This document shows, piece after piece, positions 57,403 to 64,000 of a stretch of 64,000 bases of DNA; the stretch's first letter is position 1, and each line of letters begins with the position of its first letter. The stretch is from Deltaproteobacteria bacterium (GTDB lineage: Bacteria; Desulfobacterota; Syntrophia; Syntrophales; Smithellaceae), in contig JANYAY010000147.1 of NCBI GenBank assembly GCA_025361065.1, forward strand, positions 2,166-66,165, written 5' to 3'. The notes beneath the pieces were generated by a model. It worked only from the letters and a program-made list of their open reading frames with translations, was not told the origin of the DNA and searched no databases. The position numbers and the translations under genes were made by a program.

Positions 57403-58929
57403 TCACGACGCAAAGAAGAGGCCTACTTCAGCGAGGTTATTGGCGGCATCCTGCACGTCTTCGGCCATATCCTTGATTCCTGTCACACCGCGACATCCCT
57501 GAACGGTTTTCTGAATTTCCTCCAGCAGTATCATGAAGTAGAGGCCCTTTTTCAGCGAAAGTTTCCGCCCCACCAAATCAAGGGCCTGAACGCCGTTCGT
57601 GCCCTCGTAGATGGAGGTCATTTTCACATCGCGGAGAAATTGTTCGACGGGGTATTCGGAACAGCAGCCGTACCCTCCGTGTACCTGAATGGCCGTCTCG
57701 GTGACCCGGAAGGCGACATCCGAACTGAAAGCCTTGCATATCGGCGTGAGAACCTCCATGATCGCCCGGCAAGTATCTTTCCTGGCGTTGTCATCGGTGC
57801 TGTGTATGACGTCGATGCACCACGCCGTGTAATACGCAAGAGCCCTGATGCCTTCCACATGGGCCTTCATCCAGATGAGCATCCTCCGGACGTCAGGATG
57901 ACGGATGATCGGCACTCTCGGGGCCCGGGGGTTTTTCATATCCTCAAGGGCGGAGCCCTGAAGACGCTCTTTTGCATAGGCGACGGCATGGAGATAGGCA
58001 ATGGACGCGCTGGCCAGAGACTCGACCGCCACGTCAACTCTGGCCTCGTTCATCAACTGGAACATAACTTTAATACCCTGCCGTTCCTCTCCCAGAATTT
58101 CGGCGTAGCATTCCCCGTTGTCGCCGAAGTTCATCTGGCAAGTGGCACTACCATGCAGACCCAATTTATGCTCGATGCCGCCGATGGTATAATCATTGCG
58201 CCTCCCCAGCGATCCGTCGTCGTTGACGATGTATTTGGGAACCAGAAATATGGAGATGCCTGCCGTTCCCGGAGGATCGCCCTCGATTCGCGCCAGAACG
58301 GGACTGACAATATTTTCCGTCAGGTCCTGATCCCCTCCTGAGATGAACTGCTTCGCCCCTTGAAGAAGGTAAGTGCCGTCGGGCTGCCGGACGGCTTTTG
58401 TTCTTATACTGCCGAGGTCGGTGCCGGCACCAGGTTCCGTGAGACACATGTTGCCGCCCCAAAGGCCTTTGTACATCTTCTCCATGTATTTCTTTTTCTG
58501 GGATTCCGCACCGTATGCTTCGATCAGGTGGGCAGCCCCCGTTGTCAGGTAAGCATAACCCACGAGGCCGAAGTTGTGCATAAACCATTCCTCGGACATC
58601 ATGCCGATGACGAGGGGAAAACCCTGACCGCCGGCTTCGGGAGACGTGCTGATGGTCGTCCATCCGCCTTCGCGGAAAAGGGCGTAGTTGCGATGGAAGC
58701 ATTTCGGGACATGAACACTGCCGTTTTCCAGCCGGCATCCTTCCCGGTCGCCTTCGGCCAGGGACGGAAAGATGACCTCTTCGGCGATCTTCTTCGCCCC
58801 GTCCTGAACCATGTCGCACATGTCGCGGGAATAGGCGCCAAAACGCTGCGTCTTAAACAGATCCTCTATCTTCAGTATTTCGTACAGCACAAACTTCTGA
58901 TCTCTTACATCACAAATCAAGCTGCCCAT
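57403..58929 (-). CDS. acyl-CoA dehydrogenase (long, ~600-aa type), N-terminal 508 aa up to the in-frame TGA
   Basis: ACAD stretches (LTEPGAGTDLGS, QFISGGDQDL, IYEGTNGVQALDLV). Confidence 0.85.
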   Translation of the reverse strand: MGSLICDVRDQKFVLYEILKIEDLFKTQRFGAYSRDMCDMVQDGAKKIAEEVIFPSLAEGDREGCRLENGSVHVPKCFHRNYALFREGGWTTISTSPEAGGQGFPLVIGMMSEEWFMHNFGLVGYAYLTTGAAHLIEAYGAESQKKKYMEKMYKGLWGGNMCLTEPGAGTDLGSIRTKAVRQPDGTYLLQGAKQFISGGDQDLTENIVSPVLARIEGDPPGTAGISIFLVPKYIVNDDGSLGRRNDYTIGGIEHKLGLHGSATCQMNFGDNGECYAEILGEERQGIKVMFQLMNEARVDVAVESLASASIAYLHAVAYAKERLQGSALEDMKNPRAPRVPIIRHPDVRRMLIWMKAHVEGIRALAYYTAWCIDVIHSTDDNARKDTCRAIMEVLTPICKAFSSDVAFRVTETAIQVHGGYGCCSEYPVEQFLRDVKMTSIYEGTNGVQALDLVGRKLSLKKGLYFMILLEEIQKTVQGCRGVTGIKDMAEDVQDAANNLAEVGLFFAS

Positions 58930-59034
58930 ATTCTCGTTTTCTCCTCTCTGCTTGTCATTGTTTATCTCCGGTAGAAAGTGTCTGTCCGGTACAGGATGAT
59001 TATTCTGCCGATAATGATCATGTCCTTGACCTTC

Positions 59035-60711
59035 CTACATCATTTTCCTCAACTCGCGCTTAAGGATCTTGCCGACGCCGCTCAGGGGAAGCTGGTCCAT
59101 GAACCGGATCACCTTCGGCATCTTGTATGGCGCAATGTTTTCCTTCAAGAAATTCATAATCTTTTCCTTCTCGGCGACGCTTTTCTCGATACCGGGTTTG
59201 AGCACGATGGCAATGGCGACACGCTCGGATCCCGGACGGTCCGGGTCGGGAATGCCGATTGCGGCCGCCAGTTCAATGTCGGGATGTGCCACCAGGAGAT
59301 CATCGATTTCCCGGGTGAAGACTTTGAACCCGGAAACGATGACCATGTCCTTCACGCGGTCCACGATATAGAAATATCCGTCCTCGTCCATCCTGGCCAC
59401 ATCTCCCGTATATATCCAGCCGTCTCGCAAGGTATTGGCCGTTTCTTCCGGATTCATGTAATACCCTTTCATGAGCTGGGGGCCGCGTACAACAATTTCC
59501 CCCGGTTCCCCCGGCTTTGCGGTCTGACCGGTTTCGGGATCGATTAGATTGAACTCCGTGTCAGGCAGCGGAATTCCGATGGAGGACGGTTTCTTTGTAC
59601 CATACCGGGGATTGAAGCAGGTAACCATTGATTCCGTCATTCCGTAGAGTTCGATTAATTTATTCTCTCCGACGACACCCTCCAATTCCTTGATTTTTTC
59701 TTTCGGGAAAGGGGCGGCGACGCTTAAACAGAACTTCAGGCCACTCATATCAAGGGCCTTGAATTCAGGTTTCTTCACGAGTTCGAAATAGACCGTGGGG
59801 ACATTGGTCATGAAACTGGGCTTGTGTTCCTTCATCTCCTTAATCATGAAATGGGTATCGCGCGGGTTGGGCACGCAGATCTGGGTAACGCCTTTGGTCA
59901 TCGCAAAGCCGCCCAATGTCAGGCCGGCAATGTGGAAGAGGGGGAAGGCCGACAGGGCGATATCGTCAGTCCGGAGATCAAGCCATGTCAGAAGCTGCTG
60001 TCGGTTGTACATGTAACTGCGCTGGGACAGGACCGCACCCCTGGACTGACCCGTAGTCCCTCCGGTGTACATCATGAAGATGGTATCGTCCATGGTCCGC
60101 TTGACGGCCACCCGGTCATCCGGCATCCCCTCAATCGCGTCCATAAACGTAAGAACAGTCTTGCCCGGCAGGGGCCGGATCGGTGCAGTGGGAATCTTCT
60201 TCAGGAGTTTCCCTAAAACCCGCTTCACACCAGGGAGAAAATCGGCGACCTCCGCAACAATGACGGTGGAAAAAGGGGTCTTCCCGGATGCTTCGGCAAC
60301 CTTCTCGAACAGTATGTCTACCGTTATCACAACCGTGGCCCGCGAATCGGTCAAATGGTGTTCCATCTCATGGGGGGTCAGGAGCGGACTCAGGCCCGTC
60401 GAGACGCACCCCGCCTTCTGTACGGCGATCAGACTGATGTAATGGGCCGGGATGTTCGGCATGTGCAGACCCACGACGTCGTCCGGTTTCAGGCCGATTT
60501 TCAGGAAATACCGGGCAAGCTGGTTGGACAGGAGGTCAATATCGCGAAATGTGAGCTTTTTCCCCATGTAATGAAGGGCCGTTTTGTCCGGGAACTGGTC
60601 GACCACAATGCGGAACTGCTCCGCGAAGGTCTTGTCCTCATACGTGAGGTTTGGGGGAACATTCTTGTCGTAGTTCTTCAACCATGGTTTTTCCGCATAC
60701 ACGTCATTCAT
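59035..60711 (-). CDS. AMP-dependent acyl-CoA synthetase/ligase
   Basis: Motifs YTGGTTGQSRG and KPWLKNY. The ATG at 60711 has an AAGGAGGG RBS. Confidence 0.9.
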   Translation of the reverse strand: MNDVYAEKPWLKNYDKNVPPNLTYEDKTFAEQFRIVVDQFPDKTALHYMGKKLTFRDIDLLSNQLARYFLKIGLKPDDVVGLHMPNIPAHYISLIAVQKAGCVSTGLSPLLTPHEMEHHLTDSRATVVITVDILFEKVAEASGKTPFSTVIVAEVADFLPGVKRVLGKLLKKIPTAPIRPLPGKTVLTFMDAIEGMPDDRVAVKRTMDDTIFMMYTGGTTGQSRGAVLSQRSYMYNRQQLLTWLDLRTDDIALSAFPLFHIAGLTLGGFAMTKGVTQICVPNPRDTHFMIKEMKEHKPSFMTNVPTVYFELVKKPEFKALDMSGLKFCLSVAAPFPKEKIKELEGVVGENKLIELYGMTESMVTCFNPRYGTKKPSSIGIPLPDTEFNLIDPETGQTAKPGEPGEIVVRGPQLMKGYYMNPEETANTLRDGWIYTGDVARMDEDGYFYIVDRVKDMVIVSGFKVFTREIDDLLVAHPDIELAAAIGIPDPDRPGSERVAIAIVLKPGIEKSVAEKEKIMNFLKENIAPYKMPKVIRFMDQLPLSGVGKILKRELRKMM

Positions 60712-60813
60712 TGTTACCCTCCTTTTTAGGTTGACGGCAATGACCGGCAGACGAAAACAAAACAAGTCTTCGTTCGACGCCCTCTGTAAAGAAACAATCC
60801 GGATCGAGACAAA

Positions 60814-61584
60814 TCAGGCATTGTTTTTCCTTGTTTGCAAAAACCATTTTAAATACTGCTGGTGTTCAGCACTCTGTATTAACTCTGTCTGTTTTGCGGC
60901 TTCCCAGGCAAGAATTTCGTCAAGAGACATGTCGAAACTTTTATCCAAACCCTTTTTGATTAAAGTCATGGCGGCAGGGGACTTCTGTGATATCTTTTGG
61001 GCTAGAGTGGAAACCACTTCGTCAATGTTTTCATCCGGACAGGATTTATAAATCAAACCGCTGGAGGCGGCGTCTTCCCCCCTTATTTCCTCTCCCAGCA
61101 TGGCCAGTTCTCTGGCCTTCGCTAACCCGACCAATCTCGGCAAAAAATATGTACCCCCCAGATCAAGAATCAACCCGATGTTAATGAATGGCTGGATGAA
61201 TCTGGCCTGGTGAGTGGCTACAACGAAATCACCTGACAGCGCGAGATTGGCCCCTCCTCCGGCGGCAACTCCCCTTACCTTGGTGATGACGGGTTGCCTC
61301 AGATCTCTGATCGCCTGAATCCACATGCCAAAGTGTTTCATTATTTCATGGAGGTCAGTAGCGCTAAGAGACTGATTCCGCGCCGAGAGTTCCGCTCCCG
61401 ATGAAAAGTTACCGCCGGCGCCTTCCAGGATGACCACTTTCATTTCTTTATCCGCATGGATTTGGTCGAGAGCATCCTGCAATTCTCTCAGCATTTGCTC
61501 ATTAAAGGCATTCATAATTTTGGGGCGATTCAAAGTCAGGGTACAAATACGATTTTTAACATCAAACAGCACGGTTCTTTCCAC
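60814..61584 (-). CDS. enoyl-CoA hydratase/isomerase family protein
   Basis: 256 aa with a crotonase fold (LNRPKIMNAF, GAGGNFSSGAEL). GTG start. Confidence 0.85.
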   Translation of the reverse strand: MERTVLFDVKNRICTLTLNRPKIMNAFNEQMLRELQDALDQIHADKEMKVVILEGAGGNFSSGAELSARNQSLSATDLHEIMKHFGMWIQAIRDLRQPVITKVRGVAAGGGANLALSGDFVVATHQARFIQPFINIGLILDLGGTYFLPRLVGLAKARELAMLGEEIRGEDAASSGLIYKSCPDENIDEVVSTLAQKISQKSPAAMTLIKKGLDKSFDMSLDEILAWEAAKQTELIQSAEHQQYLKWFLQTRKNNA

Positions 61585-61632
61585 TTAGACATCTACCCCT
61601 TTCCCAATAAACCTGACTTCCCAGAAAATGTA

Positions 61633-61677
61633 TTGACAGAACTGTAACCGGTGGTTACCATACAAAACACTGGTTAC
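61633..61677 (+). promoter_or_regulatory. promoter plus palindromic operator candidate for the TetR regulator
   Basis: TTGACA (61633-61638), a 17-nt spacer, then TACCAT (61656-61661). The palindrome gtaacc-ggt-ggttac (61644-61658) overlaps the spacer and -10 element. An extra half-site ggttac lies at 61672-61677. Confidence 0.35.
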
Positions 61678-61738
61678 GAAATCAAGTTTTTTTTCAGTCT
61701 CCGCACTATCTATGATATAGATTGAATAAAGGTGACCT

Positions 61739-62353
61739 ATGAAACAAAACAATACATTTGCCGATCTCAAGAGTGAGGAAAAACTGGCTCGTCAGAAAAT
61801 TATTATCCAGGCCGCCGAGCGCGTGTTTGCCGTCAAGCCGTTTAATAAAGTCAGTATTCGGGACATTGCCAGAGAGGCGGGCATTTCGCATGCCTCCATT
61901 TACCGGTATTTCCCTGATCAACAGTCGCTATTTGTCGAGGCCTTTTTCCGGGGTGCCGAGGAAATCGAACAAATCCTGGACCAACTCATTAATGACAGCG
62001 ATACACCGGACATCGGCAAGATCAGCGACGCCTTTATTTCATATCTCGCAGATAATGATCAGTACCTGAGAATGCTGACCCATTTTATGCTCGACGGTTC
62101 GCTTTCCACGGAGAAACTGGAAAAGCTCAACGCGGCGGAGCGGCATTTTTTCGATAAATTCGACAAACTGTTCAGGAAGATGAAGAAACCGGAACCCGTG
62201 CGGCCGTTATCCCATGCTTTCTTTGCGGCTTTAAACGGCGTGCTGATCACGTTTCGGAATTACCCTGGCCGCACACCGGAAGAGGTGCGACAACATATGC
62301 TGAATATCGCCCGGATTATTGACCGTAGTTTCAGCAATATCCAGCAAACATAA
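61739..62353 (+). CDS. TetR/AcrR-family transcriptional regulator
   Basis: N-terminal HTH segment SIRDIAREAGISHASIYRYF. Confidence 0.85.
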   Translation: MKQNNTFADLKSEEKLARQKIIIQAAERVFAVKPFNKVSIRDIAREAGISHASIYRYFPDQQSLFVEAFFRGAEEIEQILDQLINDSDTPDIGKISDAFISYLADNDQYLRMLTHFMLDGSLSTEKLEKLNAAERHFFDKFDKLFRKMKKPEPVRPLSHAFFAALNGVLITFRNYPGRTPEEVRQHMLNIARIIDRSFSNIQQT

Positions 62354-62386
62354 GCATCGAAGCGTTCCAATAAAATAAAGCCTTCC

Positions 62387-62486
62387 AATCAAACACCTCG
62401 CAGCAAGCTGCCGAAGTGTGAAATAAATATCATTATATCGCAAGCTCGCTCACGAGGATTAGCGCTCGTCCCGCGTGAGCGGTATT
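62387..62486 (+). repeat. SR100 repeat, copy 8
   Basis: Full-length alignment with the other copies, with the two internal hairpin variants in swapped order. It lies in a convergent intergenic region. Confidence 0.8.
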
Positions 62487-62598
62487 AACCAGCCATATTC
62501 AAGTGGGCCCGATCATTAACTAACTTTATACGGCTGATCCATTTTGCAAGCTGACAATTATCCCGGAAGCTGTATCACATGGACTGCTCTGAATTCGG

Positions 62599-63339
62599 TC
62601 AGAAAAATGTTTTCCCCAACTGATAAGCCCTTTCCAGATATCCTCGCCTGGTTTCGTCATCGACAATGGGCACTCCATAGAAATAAACGTGCTCAACCTG
62701 TTTGATACCGGGATAGCGCAGACCCCAGTCATCAATGATGCGGGTTACCGGCTTTTCCCATTGCGCTTTATATTCCTCTCCCCGGAAAAGCGTTGTGCTG
62801 ATTACCAGGGCTTTTTCATGCTGCAGCAAAGGCACACGTCCGCCGGCATAACCGTTCCAGCCTTCAGAGGTTAACGCATAAGCATCGCCGTAAGAAAAAA
62901 CCCGCTCGAACCAGCCTTTCAGGATGGCCGGAAATCCTAACCAGAATACCGGCGCAATAAAGGCGAGGCCTTGTGCCTGCTTTATCTTCTCCCACTGGGC
63001 CTGAACATCTTTCGGTCTGTGCTTGTGCATGAATTTGGCGATGTCACCATTGTCTTTTCCCCGAAGCCAGCAAGAGGTGAGAAACCTCAGAAGTGGATTT
63101 TTCATGGTGTTCATAATGTGTTTTTTCAGATTCATTCTTTCGAGTATGTCTTCCGGAATGCTTTCATGAACATAACTGGCAAAATCGGCCTTACGGAAAA
63201 CCGGATCAAACCGGATGGCATAAAGGTCCACCACTTCATTGCCGTGGCCCGCGGCTTCTAATCCTTCACTGAACTTTGCAAGAATGGCCCGGCAAAAAGA
63301 ATTGGGATTGGGATGAGCATAGACAGTCAATACTTTCAT
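62599..63339 (-). CDS. NAD(P)H dehydrogenase (quinone)/flavodoxin-like-fold oxidoreductase
   Basis: N-terminus MKVLTVYAHPNPNSF. The ATG at 63339 has an AGGAGG RBS. Confidence 0.8.
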   Translation of the reverse strand: MKVLTVYAHPNPNSFCRAILAKFSEGLEAAGHGNEVVDLYAIRFDPVFRKADFASYVHESIPEDILERMNLKKHIMNTMKNPLLRFLTSCWLRGKDNGDIAKFMHKHRPKDVQAQWEKIKQAQGLAFIAPVFWLGFPAILKGWFERVFSYGDAYALTSEGWNGYAGGRVPLLQHEKALVISTTLFRGEEYKAQWEKPVTRIIDDWGLRYPGIKQVEHVYFYGVPIVDDETRRGYLERAYQLGKTFF

Positions 63340-63370
63340 GAGAAATTCCTCCTTTTTGTTTTCCCCTGAA

Positions 63371-63985
63371 CTAATAAACAAAGGGAATCAGTTTTTTTGT
63401 TTTTTGCTGATAAAAAATATATCGCCCGGCATAGACCTGTCGCAGCCCGTCTTCCTCCAGAGGAATCAATAAAAGAATGAAGATAAAATACAGGCTGAAT
63501 ATTCCTAATAAAACCCATGATTGAGTCATACTGGTAAGCCCCAAGGCTATAATCAAAGCCGCCGTGTACATTGGATGCCTGACCAGGCTGAAAGGTCCGT
63601 TCATCACCATTGCATCTTTGGTTCGGGGAGCACTTCCCCCGATCTGATAACTATTACCCAGACAGATCAATGCCCAGGCCATGAGAAGATACCCCAGCAC
63701 ATACAACACCAATCCGGCAATTTCCCCGACCATTAACAGCCAAGGTTCAGAAATGGTGATGCGGGCGGCATCAATCATTTCCGGACGGTAGGCGATCAAT
63801 AATATTGCCGTCGCCGGATTCACAATTAACAAAAAGAAGAGATTGAAACTGTTGACAAGCTGGATCAGAAAGCTGCCTTGGGGTCTGTCCAAAACGGAAC
63901 CGGTAGCTATCCGCTTGACGACAACCAGCGCACTCAACAGCAACAGGATCATGATGCCGAGTATTTTTTGATCGAATAGATGCAT
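63371..63985 (-). CDS. isoprenylcysteine carboxyl methyltransferase (ICMT/PEMT-like) family membrane protein
   Basis: About 5 TM spans and the motif GPFSLVRHPMYTA. AAGGAGG RBS. Confidence 0.75.
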   Translation of the reverse strand: MHLFDQKILGIMILLLLSALVVVKRIATGSVLDRPQGSFLIQLVNSFNLFFLLIVNPATAILLIAYRPEMIDAARITISEPWLLMVGEIAGLVLYVLGYLLMAWALICLGNSYQIGGSAPRTKDAMVMNGPFSLVRHPMYTAALIIALGLTSMTQSWVLLGIFSLYFIFILLLIPLEEDGLRQVYAGRYIFYQQKTKKLIPFVY

Positions 63986-64000
63986 CTTTGCCTCCTTATG

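Noticed and set aside
57265-58341. Long + strand ORF (358 aa) and its neighbours 58360-58974 and 58978-59547, 49514-50434, 47014-47712, 47913-48572, 12546-13238, 37420-38025
   Set aside because: All lie antisense to genes with clear family signatures (ACAD, AMP-ligases, dehydratase subunits, MoxR, HtrA). Their products are Arg/Gly/His-rich and low in complexity, with no motifs. They are typical shadow ORFs of GC-rich coding DNA.

Overview
A 64-kb chromosomal window from a Gram-negative bacterium. Most genes look roughly 50-65% G+C on hand spot counts, but several islets are AT-rich. The gene content includes an activase-dependent 2-hydroxyacyl-CoA-dehydratase-type enzyme, several acyl-CoA ligases, dehydrogenases and hydratases, a PEP-CTERM protein, a 10-gene Wzx/Wzy-type exopolysaccharide operon, and lpxH/kdsD. 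This suggests an anaerobic Desulfobacterota/Syntrophia-like organism, but that is inference only. I call 52 protein-coding genes (53 CDS features, because one gene is split by a TGA), one initiator-type tRNA-Met and three gene relics (an acyl-CoA dehydrogenase 5' fragment and two transposase remnants). I see no rRNA, CRISPR array, intact transposase or prophage. The window is unusually rich in small non-autonomous repeats. (i) A ~100-bp structured intergenic repeat occurs in 8 copies. (ii) A MITE family with 16-bp termini 'gagactgtgtcgcaat' inserts into GAAW loops of cccggc/gccggg hairpins. It includes a nested copy and a copy between the two dehydratase subunit genes. (iii) A 113-bp TIR element with a TAAA duplication is inserted in frame inside a Zn-alcohol-dehydrogenase gene. 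The best candidate for an undescribed system is an AT-rich two-gene islet (9008-10744). It encodes a protein with a C-terminal Mrr-like PD-(D/E)xK nuclease signature and an unrecognisable 231-aa partner. It sits beside a PIN/RHH toxin-antitoxin pair and a displaced gene fragment. An acyl-CoA dehydrogenase interrupted by a single in-frame TGA is also notable.
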